Assembly: GCA_963833425.1 (NCBI GenBank)
Contig: CAWHXP010000007.1
Location: 256,001 to 320,000, forward strand
Length of the DNA: 64,000 nt
Source: an uncultured Methanosarcinaceae archaeon
Lineage (GTDB): Archaea; Halobacteriota; Methanosarcinia; Methanosarcinales; Methanosarcinaceae
Reading direction: 5' to 3'
Shown: piece by piece, positions 10,700 to 22,488 of the stretch
Numbering within the stretch: the stretch's first letter is position 1
Layout: each line of letters begins with the position of its first letter
Made by a program: the position numbers and the translations under genes
The notes under the pieces: model-generated
The model's database searches: none
What the model was told of the DNA's origin: nothing
What the model saw: only the letters and a program-made list of their open reading frames with translations

Positions 10700-12503
10700 A
10701 CCTCGCAATCATTAACAAACAATATCGTGAAACCAGAATAAATGAATCGATGCTCATGCATCACCATAAATTAATTTCTTTTTTTATTTTTTTCGATGTT
10801 AATTTCTTTTTAAGACTCTACCTGGATGAGATGATACTCTCAAAACTAACTATAGTAGAAATTTATCGCATGAATGCCATAAAAAATTATGTAGAAGTCC
10901 GATGATTTCTTATTACAAATAGTTAATATGAATATTTCTAAAAAATACTAAATTGGATGAAAAAAGTGTGTCTGAAGCTTATTCAAACGCTTGTGAGTTT
11001 ATTTCAGAACACGAAGTAGTTCTTAAAATTCCCGGTTAAATTTGGGAACTGCTACGAACATTCGTCTTCGTGAGATATCATTAGGACAAAACCGAGCATG
11101 CTCCTAAAGTGCAATTATCTAATTTCCATAGGACCAAGAGCAAATGACGTTTTTTTACTTTACCTTAAGAATGAAAAAGATCGAGCTGAATATCCACAAA
11201 TGATCTGTCCGCGTATCGAGGTAATTTAGTTAGCCAAGCAATAGCCCTTTACCTTGATTTTATAGTGCTCTCTAAATGGTTGAATACTAGATTCGCATAA
11301 TCTAAAATTGTTAATTAACTTATTCTTGCAGACGTTGCAATTTATTTAGTCGAATACCTCATACTTGCTTCTGGAAGAAAACTTCTCAGATAAATGATAT
11401 CAACCATTTAATCTATATTTTAAACTACCTCTGTACCATAAAAATGAGACTACGGAATGCGAATCGCTATACTTACAAAATTAGATATCATACGTTTTAT
11501 GGAAAAGTTTGTTTCGGACAATAATAGAATCAATTATATCAATGATAAAGGGTACTGTTTTGAGTCTGATTCAATCTGTACTGATGTCGAACATTTACAC
11601 TTTTAATTGTTGCCGAGCCAAAATAGATTCCTTAAAGATTTTTTTTTTTAAGATACAAAAATTTTGAAAACTACTAGGGACTAAAATCCAGTGATTTTTG
11701 GACTGATGAACTGGACCACTGAATCTGCAGGAGAAAGTGTTTTTCAATCAAGCTTGATATTGATACTACAATGCTTCAATTATGAGATATTTTAAAAAGA
11801 TCATATCAACTCAAATCTAGTAATTTTTTCAGTTTTACACAATCAAGTGATTTCGGTTGCATCAGACGAGCTAAAAGTAGTGTACCAGTGAGCTTCAATG
11901 TAAGCTTTAGAAAACCTTTTTAAAAAAGAGATCCAGAGCAAACTTTGAGAACAAATTCCAACCTGATGATGTGATAATTTCCAATTCATTAACATTATTA
12001 AATGCCACAGATAGTTGTTTTTCTACAATCAGGATGATGTTTTTCAAAGATTGCTATACCCCCTAAAATTCATTTTCTGTTCTTTCTTTTATAGAATTTA
12101 TGATATTGGTTCAAAATTAAGGGCAAGAAGGGCTGTAGTTCAAATCAGATATTTCAGACAGTTTAGGCTTAAAGTAGCATAAATTTTCTACTTAAACTAC
12201 ACAATTAATATGAACAATTCCATTTTCATGTTCTATAGTTATTTCTCTTGTATCTGGTTATTTTCAGCTAGATCATGTTATGAGTACCCATATATTTTAA
12301 TATACCATTTGAGTATTGTAAAAAAATCATTCGAAACAATGAATTACAAATTTTACTTGTTTCCTAAGAACCTTTTTTATAGGCTGGATGATGAAGATTG
12401 ATAGAATATCTAGGATCCGAATGTTAACTTTTTTGATAGTCTGAAAAGCCAGAAAATCAGAATCAATTAGTAAATTTGAAAAACCCAGGAAAAAAGAATA
12501 AAA

Positions 12504-13478
12504 ATGAATGCGAAGGTTATAGGGCTTGATATTGGAGGAGCGAATACTAAGCTGGCATCCTCGAATGGAACTCTAATAGAATTGCACTACCTACCGCTCT
12601 GGAAAAATATCAGGCTCTCAGAAGTCTTGAAGGAAATCGCATATCGATTACAACCAGAAAAAGTTGCCGTTGTTATGACAGGAGAACTTGCGGACTGTTT
12701 TGAAAATAAAGACCAAGGTATTATCTTTATAAAGGAAGCTGTTGATTCAGCATTTGGATCTCAAAAAGTTTCGTATATAAATTGCATGGGCAGAATTCAG
12801 GGTGAAACTGACAAACTAACAGATCTTGCTGCTGCTAACTGGGTGGCTTCAGTTGTACTAGTGGGAGCAGAGTTTGGAGACTGCATTTTTGTAGACGTAG
12901 GAAGTACCACAAGTGATATTATTCCAATAATCGCCAGGGAACACAGAGCAGGCATAACTGACATTGAACGCCTGATGCGGAGTGAACTTGTATATACAGG
13001 CGCACTCAGAACAAACATTGCTACACTTATTGAAAAAGTGAAAATTGAACAGAGACTGTGCAGAATTGCTTCAGAGTTCTTTGCGACAACCGCAGATGTT
13101 TATGTCTTGCTTGGGGAAATCAATGAAAATATTTACACATGCGAAACTGCGGATGGAGCAGGAAGGAGCAAAACTGATGCTATGCGTAGGATTGCAAGGC
13201 TAGTCTGCGCAGATCTTTCAGAAATCCGAGAAAAAGATATATATGAAATCGCAAGACAAGTACAGGAAAAACAGATATTTACCCTGACTGAAGTGATTTA
13301 TGAAGTTGCAAAAAGAAATGGGCTTACGAGAATAGTAGCTGCAGGCATTGGGGAGTTTCTCATAAAAAAAGCTTCGGAAAGACTCGGTTTTGAATGCATT
13401 TTGGTTTCTGGATACTGGGATGAAAAAATATCAAGAGTTTTCCCTGCATACGCTGCTGCTAGGCTACTGGATAAATGA
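12504..13478 (+). CDS. mfnF: Hydantoinase/oxoprolinase-family H4MPT-linked C1 pathway protein; probable methanofuran biosynthesis enzyme MfnF
   Basis: GLDIGGANTK, VMTGELADCF, AAANW, DVGSTTSDIIP, LVYTGALRT, EFFATTAD, RRIARLVCAD, FPAYAAA. Confidence 0.8.
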   Translation: MNAKVIGLDIGGANTKLASSNGTLIELHYLPLWKNIRLSEVLKEIAYRLQPEKVAVVMTGELADCFENKDQGIIFIKEAVDSAFGSQKVSYINCMGRIQGETDKLTDLAAANWVASVVLVGAEFGDCIFVDVGSTTSDIIPIIAREHRAGITDIERLMRSELVYTGALRTNIATLIEKVKIEQRLCRIASEFFATTADVYVLLGEINENIYTCETADGAGRSKTDAMRRIARLVCADLSEIREKDIYEIARQVQEKQIFTLTEVIYEVAKRNGLTRIVAAGIGEFLIKKASERLGFECILVSGYWDEKISRVFPAYAAARLLDK

Positions 13479-13513
13479 AATCTCAGTTTTGAAGTAGATA
13501 AAGGAATATCATA

Positions 13514-14225
13514 GAAAATTTCGGTAACCTTCCATGTACTTGAGCATTGTAGAGTTTAAATTTCTTAACATTAATTTAGACCAATGAAAAATCTTACCAT
13601 TTTATTCGTAGAAAAAAATAAAAATGGATTCAGTCATTTAGAGACAAAATTGCTGGAATTTATTCCTTCTTGATTTTAAATGCTTTAGTATCATTTTCGG
13701 GTCCACATATTTCAACTAAAGTGTTCAATAGGCAGACCTTAAACTTATGTCATAATTATGCATAAAATTGCTTTTTTACAGCATTTGCATGGTTTTCAGG
13801 CTTGGAACCTGAGAGAATTTAATGAAGAATTTCTTTTAAAAATTTCTTGGTTTTCCTGATTGCATACCAGACAGTACCACACTCGATCATTAAGAAAAAA
13901 AATTATTGGTAATTGCAAAGGAAAAAATATGGAGACAGTTTATAAAGCTAACATAATCGCTTTTGTTCGAAAATAAAAAAAGAATGATTCAGAAAGCTAC
14001 TTTTAGACATCCAGATCTGGGCATTCAAAAAAGGATAAAACTCAAGAAAACAACGCAAAAAAAGGAGAACATAGGCCTAAAACTAGATAAAAAAGATCTT
14101 GAGTCACATTGGATATAAATTTCGTAGTAAGTGATCAGGGATTATGAGCTAATCAGAAGACATTCAAAGCATGAAAATTCTTGTCGTTAGTATTCAAGAG
14201 TGATTCTGAAGATATTGTGTACAGT
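13514..14225 (+). mobile_element. Heavily decayed copy of the IS5-subgroup element found at 55431-56563
   Basis: Left end gaaaatttcggtaaccttccatgtacttgagcat resembles that element's end. Relics of PDSTT, MIQ.ATF...D.GH and DYELIRR ('gattatgagctaatcagaaga'). Confidence 0.7.
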
Positions 14226-14664
14226 TTTAGTTTATAATTTCTATCAATTGATGACCTTGGAAATAAAATAAGTATTTTGGAGATGCGTAAAATATTTTTA
14301 AACTCAAAAATAATAAACCATAAAAGAACAAATAAAATCAAATACGAAATTAGCGAAAAAGATTTGGACACGTTTCGTTTTCCCTCTGAACATTACTAGG
14401 GTTCAATAGGGTTTTCAGCTGGAGACATTCCCGAACAGATTTTCTACAATAAACTGTTTGTCTGGAGATTTCCACTGGAGCTCAAATTTTGTAAACTTAA
14501 ATCTTGTATCAAAAAATTTCTTGCATTTTAAGCATGTTCCTAAATGCAAAAAACTTACATTTTCTTAATAATTCAGCCGCAAAAATGCTGATAAGTACAT
14601 GATGCGCGAAAAATAACTACCATTAGCCTTGCATAAACACTCTCTCAACAGTCATCAATGGTCA

Positions 14665-15174
14665 TTAACGATTATTCCTGCAGCGAATGATCTCATAGTT
14701 TACTTTTCCCCTGTCTACACATTCCCTTACAAGCTTTTCCCTTTTGGAAAGAGTGTCGATTTTTCCTGATTTGACCTCAATAAAAACAATTTTATTCATT
14801 TCTCCCTCGGAAAGGCCATCAAAGACTATGAAGTCCACTGGGGTACCGAGAAAGCGTGCATCTTTAGGGTTGTACTCGAATTCAGGGAAGTAAGGAATAA
14901 GGTGTTCAGTAACCTTGCCCCTTATTACAGCCTCGCTTTTCTTTACCGCATCCAGGCGAATCTTTTTCTCCTCATCAATTTTCCATTTTCGAAAGAGGGT
15001 GTCAGCTTTTTCAGAGACCTGGCGATTCATTTCCCTCTCCTGCCAAAATTCATGCAAATCTCTGGCACGAGACTCGACCGAACCCTTTAGCTGGATATAT
15101 TTCAGGAGCAGGTAAACTGCAAAAAGGGCAAGAAAAATGATAAGTGTTGAATTCATCCAGTTGTTCATGGCCAT
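14665..15174 (-). CDS. Membrane-anchored Holliday junction resolvase-like endonuclease (Endonuc_Holl family)
   Basis: N-terminal TM segment; S.AVIRGKVTEHLIPY, DARFLGTPVDFIVFDG, FIEVKSG (PD-(D/E)XK). Confidence 0.85.
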   Translation of the reverse strand: MAMNNWMNSTLIIFLALFAVYLLLKYIQLKGSVESRARDLHEFWQEREMNRQVSEKADTLFRKWKIDEEKKIRLDAVKKSEAVIRGKVTEHLIPYFPEFEYNPKDARFLGTPVDFIVFDGLSEGEMNKIVFIEVKSGKIDTLSKREKLVRECVDRGKVNYEIIRCRNNR

Positions 15175-15317
15175 TCTCAGAAAGGGATTATATTTTTACT
15201 GTACTTAGAAAAGTAACTCCCAGTAATTGTATTAGCTATAGTTCAGAATGACTATACTTATTCTTTTTTATTTTTTCGCAATAGTTCACAAGAAAAAAAC
15301 TTCATCCAAAAATCTCA

Positions 15318-15405
15318 GAATACTTCTATAAACCCCTGAATTTCGCCGTATGCTTATTTAATATGTATAACAATTTGTGAAAATCAGTGGTTTATCGAAA
15401 AATTC
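15318..15405. mobile_element. 88-bp MITE
   Basis: Ends gaatacttctataaacc ... ggtttatcgaaaaattc; the interior resembles 46393-46482 (atgctta..., tgaaaatc..ggtttatcgaaa). Confidence 0.6.
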
Positions 15406-16178
15406 GTTGATCCTCTTATTCGTAATCGCCTATAGAAAATTGAACATTACCATTTACTGAAGTAGAACTTTTTCATGAGATAAGCTTACTTCAAGAGTGG
15501 AGTTTTTCTGAATGTATATTAATCTGCGGATGAATTCCCAGATGAGTGATTTTCGTCCGCCTCGCTGATGCGTGTCTAGGACAGAAATATTTCGTCTTAG
15601 AGTTGAAAGATTTAAGCTTCACGAAGTTAAATTGCATATAAGCATGTCGAAATCTCTACAGAATTGACCATGTAAAGTTCACGAAGCGCTAATTACTTCA
15701 ATATCTATCCGAAAAATATGGCATGTGTGTAGAAGATATTATAATTAGCAAAAATATTTTTTTGCAAAATTCTATGAAAAATCGTATCTATAGAAATATA
15801 TTTATAAAGTATTTTTAAAAAATGAATCGTAAGCCAAATGGCATTCCGAAAAATTTCCAAATCAAGGAAAATCTCAATGGAAATTAGTGAAAATTAAATG
15901 CTATGTTTTTTGATCTCTAGACATACCGCCTTGTAACTTTTAGCCCCTACATAAAAGTTCGATGAATTCACATCATTTTGAAAATATGTACAATAGCAAT
16001 TGTAAATATATGAAATTTTACTGCGGAAAGTGAGGTGAAAATAAGCATTCAATATTAACCTTAGATTTCAGTCCACATGAACGAACTAAAATAGTGAAGC
16101 AAAATTGAATGCTACTGAGACGCAATTTGGGGTTACAGAGAGAAATCTTTGCATTTATATATTTCTTCCAATCGATTC

Positions 16179-18443
16179 TCAATAGTTTTTAGCTGTTTCG
16201 ACTGCATCACTGCAGGAAACCTGCCAATTCTTAATCTTCCGTACACTTATATTTATAATTTTTGCAAGCTCAAAGGCGTCAGCCTTTATCAGGGCTTCTA
16301 CGCTTTTTATTCCTGCTTCCTCGAGTTTCTCTGCAGTAACTTTACCCACACCTTCAATGTCTTTAATTGACTTCGGCCTATCCTTTTTGGGCTGCATAGC
16401 CTTTTCTTCCTGCTGTGTCTTTTTCCATTCAATGAAATTACACTGTGGACAACCCAGGTCCCAGGCACGCTTTCCTGCGTTGATTATGCGGATATGGTGC
16501 ATTTCGTGTATCCCACAGAATTTATCTGTAACAATAATTTGACCGCTCTTAGGGAGGGGGAGAGAGAATGTACAGTTTGGATAGTTGCTACAGCCTATGA
16601 AACGGCTCCCTCTCTTAGAACGGCGGATCATGAGTTCGCTTCCGCATAAAGAGCAATTACCGATAATCTTGTCTTCCCTCAAGCCTGCTTGAAGGGATTC
16701 TACAATCTTATCGCGGTTTTTATCAAGTTCAAAAAATACCTTCTTCAGCATCTCTCGAGATTCTTCAAGTACAGTAATTTCTTTGATCTTGCCCTCTGCA
16801 ATCTTATCCATATTTTCTTCGAGTAACTTTGTCATATCCGGTTTTGTTATTGTCGGGGAGTATTTTTCAAGGGTATCCACTACGGCAAAAGAGGTGTTTG
16901 TGGGTTGCACGGGATTTCCGTGGATATATGCCCTTGAATAAAGTTTGTTTATAATCTCATGCCTTGTTGCCTTTGTCCCAAGTCCCAATTCTTCCATTAT
17001 GTTTATAAGTCTTCCCTGGCCGTAACGGCCTGGTGGTTGGGTTTCTTTATCAAGAATCTCTTTTTTTATTACTTTCAGGATTTCTCCTTCATGGAGCTCT
17101 GGGAAAACTCTGTCTTCAGGAACGTTGTACGGGTAGTACCATCTCCAGCCAGGATCAACCAGACGTGCTCCTTTTACCCTGAATTCTTCCTCATCTATAT
17201 CAATATTCAAACTCATTGTTTCCCATTCACTTTGTCCAGCAAATGTTGCAAAAAAACGCCTGACCACCAGTTCGTATACGTTCCATTCTTCCTCTTTCAG
17301 GTCAGCCTCTTTTGCAAGGGAAGCAGGAAAAATGGGAGGGTGGTCAGTAGTTTCCTTTTTTCCTTTCATAGGAATAAGTTCGACTTTCTCAAGAAGGGCA
17401 TTTGCATACTTTCCAAAAGATCCATCTTTGAAAATTTCAATCTGTGCCCTTAGATCCAGAGTGTCGGGATAAACCGTGTTATCTGTCCTGGGATATGAAA
17501 TGTAACCATTTGTATAAAGAGATTCAGCTACGCGCATAGCTTTTACAGGGCTGAGCCCGATTGAGTTTGCTGCATTGATAAAACCTGTGGTATTAAATGG
17601 AATGGGAGCTGGGTCAGTTTTTTTCCCTTTTTCAATCTGCGTTAATTTTGCTTTTTCTCCAAGTTTCTTGAACACCTTAGCTGCTTCCTTGTTGTCCAGG
17701 AAGCGACGAGTTGAATGCTGGGCAGAAAAAATTCCCCCTTTTGAGCATTCAAATTCTGCATGGATCTCCCAGTAAGGAATAGGAACAAATATATTCCGTT
17801 CCTTTTCCTTATCAACTATAAGAGATAGGGTAGGGGACTGTACTCTCCCCACGGAGAGAAACATTTTCCCAAGCCTACCTGCGGCAATGGAAATGTAACG
17901 GGTAAGGGCCGCTCCCCATACAAGATCAATAACCTGTCTGGAGTGACCCGCATCAGCGAGATTGAAATCAAGATCAGTAGGATTTGAAAATGAAGCGACT
18001 ATTGCTTTAGGGGTTATCGCACTGTAACGGACCCGATCAAAAGGAACATAAGGATTTACTTTTTTTATGATATTGAGGGCTTCGGCTCCTATCAGTTCTC
18101 CTTCTCGGTCGTAGTCAGTGGCAATTGTAACTCTACTTGCCTCTTTTCCCAAAGTTCTAAGAGCTGTTATGATTTTCCGGTTAATAGGAATTGTTATAAT
18201 TTTGGCATCTATAAGGGCTTTAGAATCTACTTTCTGCCAGTTGTTATATTCACTTGGAAAATCGATGCCTACAATATGGCCCGAAAGCCCTATAACTATT
18301 ATCTCTTGCTCGTTATCATCAGAGTCGATCTCATACCTATATACGTCCACTCCGCTGACTCTATCCTTCGTTGGATTTTTTGGAGCCAGAATCGCAGCTA
18401 TCCTCCTTGCTGCTATATTTTTCTCAGTTACAATAAGATACAT
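16179..18443 (-). CDS. topA: DNA topoisomerase I (type IA) with C-terminal zinc ribbons and HhH domain
   Basis: TOPRIM (VTEK, ATDYDREGELIG), SVGRVQSP, catalytic GYISYPRTD, GLGTKATRHEII. Confidence 0.97.
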   Translation of the reverse strand: MYLIVTEKNIAARRIAAILAPKNPTKDRVSGVDVYRYEIDSDDNEQEIIVIGLSGHIVGIDFPSEYNNWQKVDSKALIDAKIITIPINRKIITALRTLGKEASRVTIATDYDREGELIGAEALNIIKKVNPYVPFDRVRYSAITPKAIVASFSNPTDLDFNLADAGHSRQVIDLVWGAALTRYISIAAGRLGKMFLSVGRVQSPTLSLIVDKEKERNIFVPIPYWEIHAEFECSKGGIFSAQHSTRRFLDNKEAAKVFKKLGEKAKLTQIEKGKKTDPAPIPFNTTGFINAANSIGLSPVKAMRVAESLYTNGYISYPRTDNTVYPDTLDLRAQIEIFKDGSFGKYANALLEKVELIPMKGKKETTDHPPIFPASLAKEADLKEEEWNVYELVVRRFFATFAGQSEWETMSLNIDIDEEEFRVKGARLVDPGWRWYYPYNVPEDRVFPELHEGEILKVIKKEILDKETQPPGRYGQGRLINIMEELGLGTKATRHEIINKLYSRAYIHGNPVQPTNTSFAVVDTLEKYSPTITKPDMTKLLEENMDKIAEGKIKEITVLEESREMLKKVFFELDKNRDKIVESLQAGLREDKIIGNCSLCGSELMIRRSKRGSRFIGCSNYPNCTFSLPLPKSGQIIVTDKFCGIHEMHHIRIINAGKRAWDLGCPQCNFIEWKKTQQEEKAMQPKKDRPKSIKDIEGVGKVTAEKLEEAGIKSVEALIKADAFELAKIINISVRKIKNWQVSCSDAVETAKNY

Positions 18444-18833
18444 TTAGATCTCCGTTGTAATAAGGTGCATTATAAAATTCCAATCAAAGTTTTTTAAATT
18501 TGACTGAGGAATACAAGAGCACTTCAAATTCCTACCACCTTTAATTCATATCTTGACTTTTATTCCTTGAAGTTTCTTTTTATGATATAAATTTTTGGAT
18601 CAAAATCGAAAATAAACTGTCATCCGTAATTAAAATTAGATCCAAGTATCTTTGGCCTGCACTTTTTTCTCTCTTGATAACAGCCTATAGAGGATCATCA
18701 ATAAGCATCCAATTTTCATATCCATTTGCGTGCCATTTAAAGTATAATTAAAAATTCGTCGGAATCCACTCATTCAGTTTATTTCATAATCGTTCGATCT
18801 ACCTGGAAACAATTTCTACAGTTTATTGGGCGC

Positions 18834-18906
18834 CTTAGCCCGAATAGCTTTCTGCGTACCACCTAATTCAAAAATTATTACAGATTTCCCCTACATTCGG
18901 GCTAAG
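18834..18906. repeat. 73-bp element bounded by a perfect 12-bp inverted repeat
   Basis: cttagcccgaat (18834-18845) and attcgggctaag (18895-18906). Confidence 0.7.
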
Positions 18907-19003
18907 AAGTTTTCTAAGAGTCCATAATCCTATTAAATATAATTAACACATCAAAAATTTGAATAAGAGCTTCTATGGAGCATAACCATTCCGCTGAGGA
19001 CCA

Positions 19004-20090
19004 GAGAAAATTTTGATGAACTCCGATGCATTTGAATATTGGTTAATTAAAATCTCTTAACAATAATTATTATTTATGAAAAATTTTGCTTATTTTATGA
19101 TTAAAGAAGAATAAAAATGTTTCCAGTCAGTTGGAGAATAACTTGCTGATATTGAGTTCTTAATTTATTGTAAATCCACTTGTATCATTTTTGAATCTAC
19201 ATATTTTAGCAAAACAGCCCCCTGAGGCGGACTTGAAGATGAATTAATGGTACGTTATAAGTGCTCTTTTTATATCTGCAGTATGGTCTTTCAGGCATTG
19301 AACTTAGGAAACAGTTTGTTACTTGTATTTCATGATTTTCCTGAGCACATACTAGAAATTACCGCAGTCTGATCATTCAGAAAAGATTAATTTGTAACTT
19401 CAAAGAAGAAATATGGTGACAGATGCAAAGCCACCTTGAAGGCTTTGGTTTGAAAATAAAAACGTAAATAATTCTGAATTCTATTTTTACCAATTTAGAT
19501 CCTAAAAATACAAGTACGGATAACATTTGTAAGATGAAGCAAAAACAAAAAGAAGAAGATATGGAACTTATATCGTAAAGGGTTGTACGTCACATTTGAA
19601 TACAAACTGCATAGCTTAGGACTCAGGAATTATGAGCTGATAAGAAGATTCTAAACAACGACCATATAACTTATGATTAGATTAAGCGTAAACGAGTATT
19701 TTTCGGGAATAGTGATAAATTTAAAAACAAAAAGATCAACTCAAAAAGAGATAATGAGAATCGGATTTATAAAGTTACTAAAACGGTATTTAAAGCAGGA
19801 AAAGTCCTTGATACTACTGTTCAAAGAGTGGATGTGAATATGTTGTGTGCAATTTTGCCTCTATTATCTCTATCAGTTGACGACCTTCCAGATAAAAGGA
19901 GTATTTTAATGATGGAGGAAGCTATCTTTAAAATCAAAGAATACTAGACAAGAAAAAATAAAAATAAGATCAAATACAAAAATTAGCAAGAAAGATTTAG
20001 ACAGGATTCAAGCGAAGTAAAAAAAATGATGATAAATTGGAATATTCTTGAACATATCTTGAGAGGATCCCGAAAAATTTATGATTTCCA
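19004..20090 (+). mobile_element. Near full-length, decayed IS5-subgroup element, homologous to 55431-56563
   Basis: Left end gagaaaattttgatgaactcc; relics of DEAKT.R, YKLH, YELIRR and FKAGKV..TTV.RV ('tttaaagcaggaaaagtccttgatactactgttcaaagagt'). Right boundary approximate. Confidence 0.75.
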
Positions 20091-20789
20091 TGAGTCATTT
20101 ATGCACTATAATATACGATATTCCACAAATTTGCTTAGATACAGAATTGTTTGCGCATTTGTCCGCTCCCCTCCATCGAGAGTAGATCAATTTTTGAGCT
20201 ACTTACATATCTAGAGAACATACGGCATTTTTGTGTGCATTTGTGAAGAGTGGGCGCTATAAGCGTATGACGAAATGTAGAATTTCACCAAAAACCCTCT
20301 CGAGTTTATAGATCTCAATCTAGCTCCGAACGCTAGATTTCTGTCATGATTAAATTTAATCATAATTTAGGGGTAATCCGAATAGAACATTATATAATTT
20401 CTCAATTCAGTCTGTTACTAGGTTAATAATGTCACAATTGATTACAAGTTTTATATTTAATGAAATGCATTGTTGTTTTTGCCGTATCTTTCTTTAAGGG
20501 CTATATTGCCTTGATTTTTCATTTTATATTAGTATAATTTATTCCAGCAACAAAACTTTGAAAAACCAAACTTTATAAATAATTTTTAACCTCTCTCAAA
20601 TAACAATATTCTTCTAAAATTTATCAAAATATATATTTAATTAAGGATCCTACATTATTATTAAATCGCAAAATTGATTTGCATCAAGAAATAACAGCTA
20701 TGCATTCATGCACAAAGAAGTACATGAGCAAGGAAACAAGTAAATAAGGAAATTGTTTAAATAGAATTCAAGATTTCAAGGAATCGTTT

Positions 20790-21311
20790 ATGAATTCTAC
20801 AAGTCATGGGTATATTCCCCTTTACATCTATCATGCCGGGCAATGTAACCCAAAAAAGTGCACAGGACTAAAAATGGCTCGCTTTAACCTTGCTCACCTG
20901 TATAATCGGATTTCAAGGACCCCCAAGTCAGCGATTATATTGGATCCAATTTCAGAAAAAGCTATTTCACCTGCCGATCATTTCAGAAAAGGAATTGTCG
21001 TACTTGACTGTTCATGGAAAGAAGTGGAACGTATTTTTCCTGAACTTGGGAAGCTGAACTTAGAGCATAGGGCTCTTCCATACCTACTTGCTAGCAATCC
21101 CGTGAACTTCGGAAGACCCTTCAAACTTAACTCTGCAGAGGCCTTAGCAGCAGCTCTTTATATACTAGGCTACAAAGAGCAGGCCGAAAAAATCCTATCC
21201 AAATTTAACTGGGGGCACTGTTTCATTGAGCTGAATAAGGAGCCTCTTGAAGAATATGCAACTGCAAAAAACAGTACTGAAATTGTGGAAATCCAGAGCC
21301 ATTACATCTAA
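20790..21311 (+). CDS. tsr3: 16S rRNA aminocarboxypropyltransferase Tsr3 (DUF367)
   Basis: [49 protein letters not shown]. Confidence 0.93.
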   Translation: MNSTSHGYIPLYIYHAGQCNPKKCTGLKMARFNLAHLYNRISRTPKSAIILDPISEKAISPADHFRKGIVVLDCSWKEVERIFPELGKLNLEHRALPYLLASNPVNFGRPFKLNSAEALAAALYILGYKEQAEKILSKFNWGHCFIELNKEPLEEYATAKNSTEIVEIQSHYI

Positions 21312-22488
21312 AGATCCTCAAATCCCTAAACACTGGAAAAGTTTCACTACGAAAACAGGCTCTTTTTGTAGATACTGAAATAATGAATGATAGTTAATGC
21401 GGGATCCTTGGGGTAAAATTTTCATGAAGTGAAGATTAGTAGATGTCAAGTTAATCACTTATTACAGCCATAAAGGAAATAGAAAGCAGTCAGAGAATCA
21501 TTTATTGGATTAATCAGGTGAATTCGTTATTCATACCTGATAAACAAGTTATCAAAAAAGTACCATAAAAGAAGCATAAATAGACCATCAGAAATGTATT
21601 TTAAATGTCAACTTTAATAATGTATTCATAACATGTAGTTTTCTTGGAACGATGACAAAGGCCACTATCAACTTGGTCCAAAAATTACTCATATTCACAT
21701 CCATAATTCTCATTACCTTGCATATTATAGACTATTTTTTGACTTTCCTCAATTGACCTATTTTTATCTTTGGTAAACCTAAATTTATTATTTTTGTTTA
21801 ATTTCCTTAATCCTTCGGTCTCTTAATAGTATATTTTTATGGTTAACTCAATTATAACCCATCAGTACAAAATACATTAAAAATAGTAATTGTACGATCA
21901 CAAAAATCCTGCTGCAACCATGGAAAGATAGCTTCATCCTTGTCATCTACTCACTGTGTATAGTTATAGACAACTTTACATCGCTATGCAACGAAATAAT
22001 ATTCAAAGATTCATTCGGTATGTTACATTAGCACATTTGGTTTTGGTTCACACTAGTCTACTAAGTGAAGATATATTAACTTAATATATAATTTAAATCA
22101 AATATGATATAAAGATCAAAACTATATGTACACCTAAGGTGTGAGGGAAAAAATTTTATTAACTAGAAAAATATAAATATTGCAACAAAGTAAAAAACGT
22201 ACTATTAATTTATGCACACATCCTTTATTTATATTTTTTGATGAATTTGTCTAATATTATTTTATTCAAATTCGATCTAAAAGGAAATTATAAATTAAGG
22301 AGTATTTCGATCAACACCTAATTATGTCACATACTTATTAACAACGTATAAATTAATCTTTGAAACAAGAGACATATCGAAATTCTCTAAGGCATCCATT
22401 ATTCAAAAGTTTACGCACATGTTCATTCAAAGCGATTTACTTTCTATGATAATACCAGTGTTTATTAATCACTCAAAGATACGCATTC

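Noticed and set aside
10347..10905. Overlapping Arg-rich ORFs (10347-10757 minus, 10540-10905 plus)
   Set aside because: Shadows of the GC-rich glycine repeats; only 10316-10699 has an RBS and a signal peptide.
11640..12150. Possible transposase relic
   Set aside because: Only faint motif hints; no TIR pair or TSD could be fixed.
15525..15560. Hairpin gcggatgaa...ttcgtccgc as an ncRNA
   Set aside because: Single copy with no clear promoter, terminator or family motif.
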